Virus genome (UHGV): UHGV-0049545
Origin: a virus
Strand: one strand, 5' to 3'
Length of the DNA: 59,013 nt
Shown here: positions 8,103-16,987 of the stretch, piece by piece
Numbering within the stretch: the stretch's first letter is position 1
Layout of the letters: each line of letters begins with the position of its first letter
Translations under genes and position numbers: made by a program
Notes under the pieces: generated by a model
Told to the model about the DNA's origin: nothing
Databases searched by the model: none
What the model saw: only the letters and a program-made list of their open reading frames with translations

Positions 8103-9264
8103 ACCGTTCCACTATTACAACGAGTGGGACGCTAAAACCGCAGCATGGTTGCGTGAATTAATAAAACGTGGCCATCTTCAAGAAGGAATCGTCGATGAAC
8201 GATCAATCACCGAAGTCGCCCCGGAAGACCTCAAAGGCTTCGCCCAACACCATTTCTTCGCCGGGATCGGAGGCTGGCCGCTGGCCCTTAAACTCGCCGG
8301 ATGGCCGGCGTATGCGCCAGTGTGTACGGGAAGTCCGCCGTGCCAGCCTTTTAGTGTGGCTGGAAAACGAGGCGGGCGGGACGACTCCCGTCACCTGGCT
8401 CCGGCCTTTCTCGACCTCATCGCAGAGCTGCGACCTCCAGCTATTTTTGGCGAACAGGTTAGCGCAGCAATTAAAGAACTGTGGCTCGATGCTCTATTCG
8501 TTGAGCTGGAAGACGAAGGCTACACCTGCGCATCGGCAGTATTGCCAGCGTGCAGCGTCGGCGCCCCGCACAAAAGAGATCGCCTTTTCTTTGGCGCTAT
8601 CGACCTGGCCGACCTCGTCAGCGACGGACTGGAAAGGCGGCTACGCGGGTGGGCGGATAAGGAATGGCAAACTATCCGTCGACCGGCTGGACGTGGCGGC
8701 GCAGCTGGCAACATATCCAACGCCGAACACCTGCAACGATCGCAGCCCATGTCCGGACTACGCGCGGGCGGGATGGTTCCGGGAGGACGGGACGAAGAAG
8801 CACATCCGCCTGCAGGACATTGCGGGGATGGCGGGCTGGCCAACGGTGACGACGATAGACAACAACCAGGTTCGCGGGGAGGCGGGCGCAGCGGGCCATC
8901 CGGATCGGTCGACGACCCTGGGCGGCGCGGTTCGTCTTGCCAGCTACCCGACACCGCTGACGGTACCGGACTCACCGGCATCGAGGGGGCAGCTATCGGG
9001 GAGCTACCGGAAGGGCATGGAGAAGTGTACGCCTGTTCCGGACTTCCCGATCAGGATCACGGCGCATGGTCAAATGCTGACTGGCTGCTATGCCGGGATG
9101 GGAAGTTCAGGCCCGTTGAATCCGGCACATTCCCGCTGGCTAATGGGGTACCCGCCCGAGTGGTGCGACTGCGCGGATACGGAAACGCAATCGTCCCTCA
9201 AGTCGGTGCCCAGTTCATCCGAAACTTTATGGTGGGAACTGTAGATTTTCTGGAAAACGTTTGA
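8080..9264 (+). CDS. DNA (cytosine-5) methyltransferase; motifs I (FFAGIGG), IV ([12 protein letters not shown]), VIII (HKRDRLFF) and X (GNAIVPQV) are in this frame, but the target-recognition domain and motif IX ([10 protein letters not shown]) are in the +1 frame (8591-9166)
   Basis: Motifs read directly in two frames. The annotated ORF reads through but is low-complexity G/R/D/P-rich over 8600-9160. Confidence 0.6.
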   Translation: MAYINGSKPFHYYNEWDAKTAAWLRELIKRGHLQEGIVDERSITEVAPEDLKGFAQHHFFAGIGGWPLALKLAGWPAYAPVCTGSPPCQPFSVAGKRGGRDDSRHLAPAFLDLIAELRPPAIFGEQVSAAIKELWLDALFVELEDEGYTCASAVLPACSVGAPHKRDRLFFGAIDLADLVSDGLERRLRGWADKEWQTIRRPAGRGGAAGNISNAEHLQRSQPMSGLRAGGMVPGGRDEEAHPPAGHCGDGGLANGDDDRQQPGSRGGGRSGPSGSVDDPGRRGSSCQLPDTADGTGLTGIEGAAIGELPEGHGEVYACSGLPDQDHGAWSNADWLLCRDGKFRPVESGTFPLANGVPARVVRLRGYGNAIVPQVGAQFIRNFMVGTVDFLENV

Positions 9265-9289
9265 CACACAAAACGTGTGCAGCTAGTAT
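9261..9289 (+). promoter_or_regulatory. Early promoter P3: TTGACA (9261-9266), N17, TAGTAT (9284-9289); spacer CACAC-aaaac-GTGTG palindrome
   Basis: Read directly; overlaps the 3' end of the methyltransferase gene; next ATG at 9325. Confidence 0.7.
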
Positions 9290-9324
9290 TCTAATCGAAC
9301 AACAAAACAACCTGGAGATATACC

Positions 9325-10689
9325 ATGTCAGAGAATAAAGAAATGCCGGCCAAAAACAGAATCGTTCACCCGAGAACCGAACTCCGCTGGCCGCCCTTCC
9401 ATAGCAATTTATTGAATGAAGCGTTCCTGACCTCGGTTAAAGGCGTCTTCGATGAGATGCTTGGTCGTCTTTACTACGGCGCGGATAAGCGCAAAGGCTG
9501 GGCGGCAGCTGAACCATGGCGAGAATTGACCGAGCATGAATGCCGCACCTGCATTCGCGATTCAATAGCAAAAGGCAAGCTGATCGACGCGATGAACTAC
9601 ATCATGTTCGCGCATCTCAACGGACATAAACTCCTTTCGCTGCGTAACCCGTCCATTGACGAACAGGTCAGCATTGATTCGCAAATGCGTGACCAGCTGG
9701 CGAACGCGCTGGGCGTCACAGGCCGCAGCTGGGACGAAATGCTGGCCATGGCAGGCGCGGTGAATGCGCAGGCATTCGAACATGAAAAAACGATTGAGGC
9801 GATCGCGAAAGAACTAAAACTCGACCTGGATGCCCCGGCAGATACGATTATCTCCACCGTCCATTTCCTAGTTAAGCGCTGCCAGTCCGCCGTAACGGAA
9901 GTCAGCATTACCGGATGTACTGACCCGGATGTACTGGAGAACGTTGCAAAGATGATTAAGGCGAATACTCAACCGGCGGGCTTCGCGTGGGATGGTCGTA
10001 AAGTCGGTACGTCGCCCGCTATGGCCGCGCCGTACGGCGTTACGGCGTCTAAAAAACGGCAGCAATACGAATTGTCGATGGAAGCCGATGACTCCGGTAT
10101 CCCTTCGCCGCTGTTTATCTTCCGCAGCAAGAAAGATCGGGATGACTATCTGCCGCTGCTGCGCACCTTCCTCGGCGCGCTGGAACAGGCGGCGTACGGT
10201 AAAGGCCGTGAGCGTCACGCTAACGACCTGCCGTTTGTAGAACAGCCGATCCTGACCATGGCGCATATGCTGGACAGCGACGCCGGCCTGGCGCAGCAGG
10301 TTATCAAGAAAACCGTTGAAGCGCGGTCGCTGCCGACTAAACAGGCCCGGATCAATGAACTTCGCGGGACGCTGGTGTACGCCGCAGCGATGATCCTGTT
10401 CGAAGAGATGTATGGCAAGCCGGACGCGAAACCCAGTTCGACATCCCGTTCAGTGGTTCGGGTGAAAATTTCGGACCTCCAGCCCGGCATGGTTATCCGC
10501 TTCGACCGTGATTACATTGCGGTGGTAGAAGGGCTAATAGGCACTCAAATCGGTGACGACGGCAAGATTAACTTCTGGTGGTCCGTGCGACGTGAACGAC
10601 GCGGCGTACCCAGTAAAGGCGTTGTATTCGGGCATGACACAACGTTTAACGTGGACAATGACCCTGACGAGTTAGACGGAGCATTGTAA
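9325..10689 (+). CDS. hypothetical 454-aa protein
   Basis: Long ORF behind GGAGATATACC SD. Confidence 0.55.
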   Translation: MSENKEMPAKNRIVHPRTELRWPPFHSNLLNEAFLTSVKGVFDEMLGRLYYGADKRKGWAAAEPWRELTEHECRTCIRDSIAKGKLIDAMNYIMFAHLNGHKLLSLRNPSIDEQVSIDSQMRDQLANALGVTGRSWDEMLAMAGAVNAQAFEHEKTIEAIAKELKLDLDAPADTIISTVHFLVKRCQSAVTEVSITGCTDPDVLENVAKMIKANTQPAGFAWDGRKVGTSPAMAAPYGVTASKKRQQYELSMEADDSGIPSPLFIFRSKKDRDDYLPLLRTFLGALEQAAYGKGRERHANDLPFVEQPILTMAHMLDSDAGLAQQVIKKTVEARSLPTKQARINELRGTLVYAAAMILFEEMYGKPDAKPSSTSRSVVRVKISDLQPGMVIRFDRDYIAVVEGLIGTQIGDDGKINFWWSVRRERRGVPSKGVVFGHDTTFNVDNDPDELDGAL

Positions 10690-10907
10690 TGAAAGTCCTG
10701 ATGTCTGACCTCAAGCCGGGAATGCGGGTCATCATGAAGAACCGCATCGTCGAGATAGTCGACTTAGCGAGAACGCACCGCGCGGCAAATGGACGAACGG
10801 TATATTACTGGAAGTCCGTAAGTGAACCACCGCGCATGGGCCTTAACCATTTTGTCGGTTGCGGCGATTTGATCGTCGAAGTGGAGGACAAGCATGTCAA
10901 TGCGTGA
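10689..10907 (+). CDS. hypothetical protein
   Basis: ATGA overlap. Confidence 0.4.
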   Translation: MKVLMSDLKPGMRVIMKNRIVEIVDLARTHRAANGRTVYYWKSVSEPPRMGLNHFVGCGDLIVEVEDKHVNA

Positions 10908-11214
10908 AACATGCATGGCGATTGCCGCGAAATACGCCGCAATGCCGCCGGACCCGGATTACCCGCTCTATGGGGATATGGTCCGCTTCCGGGATAAATA
11001 CAATGGCCGGGAATACTCCGGCATCGTCCTCGGGCATTGCGATGGCATTCCGATTTTCTGGAAGCCATGGCGGGTGGAAGTGCGGGTATGCCACACCGAC
11101 GGTACCGTAGCGTTTCCACCGCTGCCGGTGATGCATGTGGAAAAAGACGAAATTATTAAAGTGACCCGCGCCGACGGCAGTGGGGAATGGACCAAAGAAG
11201 GGGAACACCCATGA
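10894..11214 (+). CDS. hypothetical protein
   Basis: ORF in operon. Confidence 0.4.
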   Translation: MSMRETCMAIAAKYAAMPPDPDYPLYGDMVRFRDKYNGREYSGIVLGHCDGIPIFWKPWRVEVRVCHTDGTVAFPPLPVMHVEKDEIIKVTRADGSGEWTKEGEHP

Positions 11215-11537
11215 AAGTTAAACCCGATATCATCATTGTCCACGGCCCAAAGGGCTGCGGCAAGACATGTAACAGGTACCGTATTGCCGACTATTTTGGG
11301 ATGAACGTTATCCGGGATGATCAGTGTTGCAGTGAATGGCCATGCCCTATTTCGCTGCGTAAATCGCAGAGGGTTTTGTACCTGTGTACGACGGAAGAAA
11401 TGTTTGACCCCAGGACCATCGAGCGTATGGGTCGGTATGTAGCGGAAGGTTGGGTCATCAGGGCAATCGCATATGATAAGGCAGCGGAGGATTACCAGGG
11501 CGCAATGCGTGAAATTTGCAGGGCCGGTCACAGATAA
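11211..11537 (+). CDS. small P-loop NTPase/kinase-like protein (GPKGCGKT Walker A)
   Basis: Walker A at residues 9-16; GAAGGGGAA SD. Confidence 0.5.
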   Translation: MKVKPDIIIVHGPKGCGKTCNRYRIADYFGMNVIRDDQCCSEWPCPISLRKSQRVLYLCTTEEMFDPRTIERMGRYVAEGWVIRAIAYDKAAEDYQGAMREICRAGHR

Positions 11538-11588
11538 ATACGCTGTGATGGCACCTGACCCGAATGGCTTAGACGAGGATTTTTAATT

Positions 11589-12302
11589 ATGAAAGCAAAA
11601 CCCGAACATATCGGCAAGATCCACCTCGTATTCGACGTGGAAAACCTGTCATGCAAGACCGACGGCTATCTTCTGTCATTCGCGTGCGTCATGTTCCACG
11701 CGGACGAAGGCTGGTTCCGCGAGTTCAGCGTTACGTTAGCCAAGGGTGCCAGTAGACGCCGCCCTGGCGATATTGACCCTGAAACGGTTAAGTGGTGGGT
11801 CAGTCAGGCGATGCAAAACCCGGAAGCCGCAATGGAAGCGTTTTTCGCGAAGGAGGATGCTGAACCTGTTTCGATCGATGACGCGCGTATCACCTTCATG
11901 AGCTGGGTACACCAGGCGCTTAAAGAATACATGTATTCCCCGGGTCAGGATGAACTGGGTTACATGGGCCTCTATCAAGCATGGGAAGAATTCCACCCGC
12001 AGGTTTGGGGGCATGCACCACGCGTGGATATCATCCAACTGGAAAACGGGCTGTTTGGCGGAGAGGGAAAAGGTCCGTGGGACTTTCGGGATGAAAACGA
12101 TACCCGCACGCTAATGAACCGATGGAAACGCCTGCGACCGGGAGAAGTCGGCTTGTGGGAACTCGCTGACGCACAGGCGGAAGCGCGCTGCCCGTTAGCG
12201 CAACACACTGCCATACGGGATGCCTACCGCCAGGCGTATATGGTGATTATCGATCATGGCTGGCTGGAAAGATTCCCTCGGCTAAAACCTGAACCTGAAT
12301 AA
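11589..12302 (+). CDS. DnaQ-like DEDDh 3'-5' exonuclease
   Basis: Exo I LVFDVEN and Exo III H-x4-D (HTAIRDAYRQAY). Confidence 0.55.
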   Translation: MKAKPEHIGKIHLVFDVENLSCKTDGYLLSFACVMFHADEGWFREFSVTLAKGASRRRPGDIDPETVKWWVSQAMQNPEAAMEAFFAKEDAEPVSIDDARITFMSWVHQALKEYMYSPGQDELGYMGLYQAWEEFHPQVWGHAPRVDIIQLENGLFGGEGKGPWDFRDENDTRTLMNRWKRLRPGEVGLWELADAQAEARCPLAQHTAIRDAYRQAYMVIIDHGWLERFPRLKPEPE

Positions 12303-12314
12303 CTTAAAAAACGT

Positions 12315-12343
12315 TTGACATACGATTCGTGTGCAACTAATAT
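12315..12343 (+). promoter_or_regulatory. Early promoter P4: TTGACA (12315-12320), N17, TAATAT (12338-12343); spacer ACGATTCGT palindrome
   Basis: Read directly. Confidence 0.7.
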
Positions 12344-12345
12344 TA

Positions 12346-12372
12346 CTCCCGAAGGCAACGACGGGAGTTTTT
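12346..12372 (+). terminator. Terminator-like hairpin CTCCCG-N10-CGGGAG + TTTTT overlapping the P4 start site and containing the SD of the 12377 gene
   Basis: 6-bp GC stem plus a T5 run. It would form in read-through RNA from operon 3 but not in P4-initiated RNA. Confidence 0.5.
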
Positions 12373-12376
12373 CATT

Positions 12377-12889
12377 ATGAGCCAGATTGTTCACCGGATT
12401 GACCAGCAGATCGTTTCGAACGTGGTTAACCGCCACCACCAGTGGTTCCAGTATTACTACGAACTGAAAGCCGCGGTTGCCGCATTAATGGACGGCGAAC
12501 GCGAATACGATATCAGCTGCAGCACCTTCTACGGACTGGAAGAACTGGGGCGCTATCGCGGAATTTGTCGGGTATTCCATATCCCATATGGCATTTATCG
12601 CAGCGGCCATAGATTAGCGGATAAGCCAACGGCCAAAACTGCACCACCGCGTTACCCGTTGCTTATGGAATGGGGATTTGTGCTGGACCGTAAGATCGTC
12701 AGCGCGAAAGAGTTCATTTCCGCCTATGAAACCGGGATGAGCGCCAGGGGGCGGCAGTTAAGCCCCGGGTATATGGCGGTAAAAGAATTCGCCATGATGA
12801 GCGAGCCACCGAATTACCGGGCGATTACCGATCACCTGGGCATTAAGTCAGTAATACGCATCACTTTTAACATGAACTACGAGGGTTAA
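12377..12889 (+). CDS. hypothetical protein
   Basis: ORF behind GGGAG. Confidence 0.5.
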   Translation: MSQIVHRIDQQIVSNVVNRHHQWFQYYYELKAAVAALMDGEREYDISCSTFYGLEELGRYRGICRVFHIPYGIYRSGHRLADKPTAKTAPPRYPLLMEWGFVLDRKIVSAKEFISAYETGMSARGRQLSPGYMAVKEFAMMSEPPNYRAITDHLGIKSVIRITFNMNYEG

Positions 12890-12892
12890 CCC

Positions 12893-13240
12893 ATGATCAA
12901 AGAAAGCGAGAAAGGTTACGAAGTACCGGTACCCGGCGCGCAGGAATGTATCCATGCCCGTACGCTGGAAGAAGCGGACGGTGTGCTGGCGGGCCTGCAG
13001 GGCGCTACGGAAAAAAGCAACCCGTACAGCGACCCAACTAACGGTACCGGGGCGAAATGCCGGGCATACTGGCGCTGGGAGGCGGGCCGTAAGAAGGCGG
13101 AAGAGTACATCGAGTCGTTGCCGCTGGAGGGCGACAAGACGAACCGCCGCACCGGATTTATCTGCTGCCTGCTGTCTGCGCTGTTCGTCATCGCCGCCAT
13201 CCTGGCAGCCATGGGCGTCCTGCCTAACTGGAGCCTGTAA
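12893..13240 (+). CDS. hypothetical protein with C-terminal transmembrane anchor
   Basis: C-terminal stretch FICCLLSALFVIAAILAAMGVL. Confidence 0.45.
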   Translation: MIKESEKGYEVPVPGAQECIHARTLEEADGVLAGLQGATEKSNPYSDPTNGTGAKCRAYWRWEAGRKKAEEYIESLPLEGDKTNRRTGFICCLLSALFVIAAILAAMGVLPNWSL

Positions 13241-13242
13241 CG

Positions 13243-13452
13243 ATGGCCAGTAAGCGCAGACTGCGCCGGAAGTCATGCGAAGGGAAGCAGCGTTATCCGG
13301 ACATCCCGTCCGCTATGGCAGGCATCAGGCATGTCCAGCGGACGTACGGGTACAGCGGGCCGATGGATGCCTACCACTGCAAACTGTGTGGCAAGATCCA
13401 CATCGGCCACCGGAAAGGAATTGGCTCACATCGCCCCATGGGGAGGAAATAA
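13243..13452 (+). CDS. small basic Cys/His-rich (zinc-ribbon-like) protein
   Basis: C12, C46, C49 and several His; very basic termini. Confidence 0.4.
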   Translation: MASKRRLRRKSCEGKQRYPDIPSAMAGIRHVQRTYGYSGPMDAYHCKLCGKIHIGHRKGIGSHRPMGRK

Positions 13453-13453
13453 G

Positions 13454-14137
13454 ATGCGCGCAAAAGACCGGCATATAAAGCCGCATTTCACGGTAAACGG
13501 GCAGATCTGGTTCGCCGAAAAAGACCTGGACCCGCAGTATTTTGAGTTCTCTAAACACCCGTGCGCCCGTGTGTGGTTCGGACCGGAAGGTATTCGTCGC
13601 CTGATCGACGTGTATAACTGGTGGAAAAAGAAAGACCCGGAAAACGCCCGGATAACCGATGCCATGTTGCTCCGCCATTGCGATGCTTACCAGTTGGTAT
13701 GCGGGTATGGCCGCGCGAAGTACGGCGTTGTGCTCCGCGACCCGGTGTCTATTTTCATCCGGTATCCGGGCAGCGTGCATAGCCGTAATTGGCTAAACAG
13801 GAAGATACCGCACATGTCAAAAGACCAACGTGCAAACGCTAAACACTATCTCTTATCGGGGTATTGCCGCGTATCTAATCAGCACATGATAATCTCGCGC
13901 ATAGACCGCCCGGACTGGAGAGAGGTCTTAGCGGTTCACTTCTGCCCTCACGACCCGGAAGAAGGGATGGATCGAACTTACTCGGACGGCGCCGCAGATT
14001 ACTATCGTCGCTGCCTGTCGAAAGACAAACTGACGTTGAAGGACAAGGCGTTATACCAAATGTTCCCGGGGTCCGGTGGCGGGCATAGTCACTTCATCCC
14101 GTTATGCGAGGAATTCGACGATGTTCAAAGTGCATGA
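13454..14137 (+). CDS. hypothetical protein
   Basis: ATG behind GGGAGGAAA. Confidence 0.5.
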   Translation: MRAKDRHIKPHFTVNGQIWFAEKDLDPQYFEFSKHPCARVWFGPEGIRRLIDVYNWWKKKDPENARITDAMLLRHCDAYQLVCGYGRAKYGVVLRDPVSIFIRYPGSVHSRNWLNRKIPHMSKDQRANAKHYLLSGYCRVSNQHMIISRIDRPDWREVLAVHFCPHDPEEGMDRTYSDGAADYYRRCLSKDKLTLKDKALYQMFPGSGGGHSHFIPLCEEFDDVQSA

Positions 14138-14420
14138 ATCTGTCATCCCCCACGATATCCAGCGGAAGATAAACGAGGCCCAGTGGGACTTCATGGCCAA
14201 TATGGTCGCCGATACGGTTGCCGCGTATGGCGAGTTAGCGAAGGCGAAGGGCCATGAACGGGTTAACGCAGTAGTGACCGGGCAAACGACTTGCCTGGTG
14301 GACATGGTAAACGCAAAAACGCTGGTGCGGGTCCACGTGTCCTGCCTCATGGATGAAATCACTATCGATGTTCAGAGTAACATCGGCCACCCCAAAAACT
14401 TCAAAGGAATTAAGGCATGA
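14121..14420 (+). CDS. hypothetical protein
   Basis: ORF. Confidence 0.45.
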   Translation: MFKVHESVIPHDIQRKINEAQWDFMANMVADTVAAYGELAKAKGHERVNAVVTGQTTCLVDMVNAKTLVRVHVSCLMDEITIDVQSNIGHPKNFKGIKA

Positions 14421-15181
14421 AACTGATCTACGTTGCCGGGCCGTACCGCCCGTACACCTGCGCCGACGGCACATGGGTAGGGACGTCAATGAACATCCGC
14501 AATGCGGAAGTAACCGCGGTCAACTTAGTAAATGAACTTGGCCATCTCGGCTTGTTCCCGGTGGTACCGCACCTGAACACGCGTGGCTTCGAAAGTCAGG
14601 TAAAAAAGAATAGCGACCAGTATTTCCTGGACGGAACGATGGCCCTGCTGGAGCGTTGCGATGCCGTGCTGCTGACCATGCCAAACGCGGACGAGGTGAG
14701 TAGCGGTACAAAGGCGGAGGTCCACCGCGCGTACCAGCTGGGCATTCAGGTATACCACAGTTTTGACTCGTTACGCCGGGCCGCACAGGAAAACCAGATA
14801 GTCCGGCTGCCGATTCCGCTGACCATCCCGGACCGTACCGGACTGCAGGGAATGTATGAACTCCTGCGCCGTAACGAAGAAGAAACCCACCGGCGTTTCA
14901 TACAAATGTCTCCGGGCGCAGGTAAGGCGTGGGATACCGATGGGCCTTTGACCGTACGTGATTTCACTAATATGGAAAAACGGGTCCTGGCGACCTTAAC
15001 TGAAACCCCTATCGAAGCGGTTAACCTTCGCCCCGGCGACACTTTAAGAAGTGGCGATGTCGTCAAGAGTATCGAACAGCTTGAAGGTCTAACCATTAAG
15101 GTAAACTGGAATAACGGCACATCTGAACGCTACCATTACGCAGAAATCTTCAAAGTCGTTATGCGGCGCGTGGGGGTGTAA
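14417..15181 (+). CDS. DUF1937/DUF4406-like (nucleoside 2-deoxyribosyltransferase fold) protein with a ~140-aa C-terminal extension
   Basis: MKLIYVAGPY...CDAVLLTMPNADEVSSGTKAEVHRAYQLGIQV matches the YxAGP...cDaVlllpgw.sS.Ga..E family pattern. Confidence 0.5.
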   Translation: MKLIYVAGPYRPYTCADGTWVGTSMNIRNAEVTAVNLVNELGHLGLFPVVPHLNTRGFESQVKKNSDQYFLDGTMALLERCDAVLLTMPNADEVSSGTKAEVHRAYQLGIQVYHSFDSLRRAAQENQIVRLPIPLTIPDRTGLQGMYELLRRNEEETHRRFIQMSPGAGKAWDTDGPLTVRDFTNMEKRVLATLTETPIEAVNLRPGDTLRSGDVVKSIEQLEGLTIKVNWNNGTSERYHYAEIFKVVMRRVGV

Positions 15182-15184
15182 AGA

Positions 15185-15385
15185 ATGCTGAATGACATCA
15201 TGTTAGCGGTGGTCTGGATTCTGGGTATGGCGCTCATGGCCGGCATAACGTCAGAGGACGAGTCAGTCGGTCGGTTCTTCGCGGTTATCTTTTGGCCGCT
15301 GGCGATAATGCTGGTCTTAATCCAGTGGGGATGGGACGAGTTCAAATACCGGATGCGCCAGCGGCGTAAACGCAAATCCCAGTAA
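15185..15385 (+). CDS. small membrane protein (2 TM helices)
   Basis: Hydrophobic; basic C-terminus. Confidence 0.4.
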   Translation: MLNDIMLAVVWILGMALMAGITSEDESVGRFFAVIFWPLAIMLVLIQWGWDEFKYRMRQRRKRKSQ

Positions 15386-15418
15386 CGAAAAAGCCCGGGA
15401 AACCGGGCTTACTTTTTG
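15386..15418. terminator. Bidirectional rho-independent terminator (AAAAAGCCCGGgaaaCCGGGCTTacTTTTT) between the converging rightward early and leftward late units
   Basis: 8-bp stem flanked by an A-run and a T-run. Confidence 0.75.
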
Positions 15419-15672
15419 CACTTGTCTATCTCGGCTCGCAGTAATATCTCATACCCCTGCCGTTGGTGCCGTTCCGCTCGCAGGGCGCGCATCTGGGCGT
15501 CGATCGGCGCACCGATGGGTAAGGAGTCCACCGCGAACGCCGGCGCGTCAGGCTGGCGGATATCGCACTTCTGCAGCACCGGCACTTTGACTTCCACGAC
15601 GGCCGGCGGCGTTTCGGTTCGGGCGGAACAGCCGACAAGCAGCATGGCCATGGTTACGATCAGCTTTCTCAT
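15409..15672 (-). CDS. o-spanin (Rz1-like outer-membrane lipoprotein), lipobox LLVGC
   Basis: Signal peptide plus lipobox; overlaps the i-spanin end by 4 nt. Confidence 0.6.
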   Translation of the reverse strand: MRKLIVTMAMLLVGCSARTETPPAVVEVKVPVLQKCDIRQPDAPAFAVDSLPIGAPIDAQMRALRAERHQRQGYEILLRAEIDKCKK

Positions 15673-16061
15673 TTTGCCCGCTCCTTCCGCAGCTCGGCGT
15701 CGAAGGCATCACTGGCCGCCAGGCAGACGTCAGTACCGGTGGTACGTTCCTGCAGGACTTCATTGGCCTTGCCGTATTCCTCGCCAGCGCCCCGCTGCGC
15801 GGCTTTCTCCAGATCGGCTATACGTTGCTTGTCTTTCTCGCTTTGTACCGCCATAGACGCGATGGCTGCGTTCTGTGCCTGCAGCTGGGAAGTCAGGTTG
15901 GCATTGTGCTGCTTCACGCTGCCCAGGGTTTTATTCAGGCTATCGATGGTCGGCTGATAATGGCGCTCGGCAAGCGTGTTATGCAGCCACACCAGAGCGA
16001 AGATAACAGCGGCGGCCATGATCGCCATCACTACAGTTTTAACGGTAGGTGTGAGCATCAC
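15669..16061 (-). CDS. i-spanin (Rz-like): N-terminal TM helix plus coiled coil
   Basis: TM helix MAIMAAAVIFALVWL followed by a periplasmic coiled coil. Confidence 0.6.
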   Translation of the reverse strand: MMLTPTVKTVVMAIMAAAVIFALVWLHNTLAERHYQPTIDSLNKTLGSVKQHNANLTSQLQAQNAAIASMAVQSEKDKQRIADLEKAAQRGAGEEYGKANEVLQERTTGTDVCLAASDAFDAELRKERAK

Positions 16062-16642
16062 ACACCCCCGTATTTTTTATATGCCTTCGCCAGTTTATCG
16101 TCGTACGCGTTTTTCTTATACGCCGGGCCGTTGTACAGCTGCGCCGCCTTCGACCAGTTCTTGCTTTTGATGGCAGACACGATGGCCGGCGATGCACGCA
16201 GGAAGCGGACCAGGGTATCCAGCTGCCCGGCCTCCGAGTATTGCGCGTTAACGAATGCCTGCAGCACCGGGTATCCGCAAGTCCTCCAGTGGTAGCCCAT
16301 GATCTGAAATGCGCCCCAGCTGGCCGCCTCCAGTGCGCTTGTGCGGTCAATCTCTTTGGCCGCCCGGTCCATGTCCTGATCTTCCTTGTTCAGCGACTGA
16401 TAGCTGCCCGGTTTGGTAGCCACCAGGTCAGGCCATTTCCGCAGCGCGCCATTAGCAACGCTAACCCCAAGGTTCTCTTTCAGGCGCTGATACATCACAT
16501 GCGGCTCGTACTGAACCTTTGGCCGTTTACCATCGATAAATCCGCTACCGTTACTCTCGACTTCTGCGAATGCCCGCAGCGCCGGCACGCTGATTCCGAT
16601 CTTCGCCGCGGCCTTCTGGTACTCGTCATCTGATAGCGACAT
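16058..16642 (-). CDS. endolysin (muramidase-type, GAFQIMG motif)
   Basis: Lies between the holin-like genes and the spanins; ...AASWGAFQIMGYHW... . Confidence 0.6.
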   Translation of the reverse strand: MSLSDDEYQKAAAKIGISVPALRAFAEVESNGSGFIDGKRPKVQYEPHVMYQRLKENLGVSVANGALRKWPDLVATKPGSYQSLNKEDQDMDRAAKEIDRTSALEAASWGAFQIMGYHWRTCGYPVLQAFVNAQYSEAGQLDTLVRFLRASPAIVSAIKSKNWSKAAQLYNGPAYKKNAYDDKLAKAYKKYGGV

Positions 16643-16654
16643 GATGCTGCCCCC

Positions 16655-16987
16655 TTACGACTTGAATAGTTGCATCACATTCCCCCGCGCCCTGAATATC
16701 GCGATGAAGACGATGCAGTTAATACCGACGGTCGCCCAGTCCACAATGGCCACGCGCCCCAGCACGAACTGGAACGGTGTCCACATGTAAAAGACCATCA
16801 GCAGCATGGCGATCACCCCGCCTGCTAAACGGTGTCTCGACCCGTTCCGCTGGAAGCAGAACAGCCGTACCACGATAGACAGGCAGAGTAAAACATTGAA
16901 GATGGCGAACGTATGAATGATGAAAAGGGATGCCGGGCTATCCGGCAATGTGGTAATGATGGTATCCGAAAACGGGAAGGTAGACAT
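16655..16987 (-). CDS. holin/antiholin-like membrane protein (3 TM)
   Basis: Three hydrophobic segments; sits in the lysis cassette. Confidence 0.5.
   Translation of the reverse strand: MSTFPFSDTIITTLPDSPASLFIIHTFAIFNVLLCLSIVVRLFCFQRNGSRHRLAGGVIAMLLMVFYMWTPFQFVLGRVAIVDWATVGINCIVFIAIFRARGNVMQLFKS

Noticed and set aside
8168-9244. Frame-2 ORF 8168..9244 as an independent gene
   Set aside because: Its N-terminal third overlaps the catalytic motifs of the frame-1 methyltransferase and is not protein-like. Only 8591-9166 looks genuine, so it is reported as the out-of-frame part of the methyltransferase.
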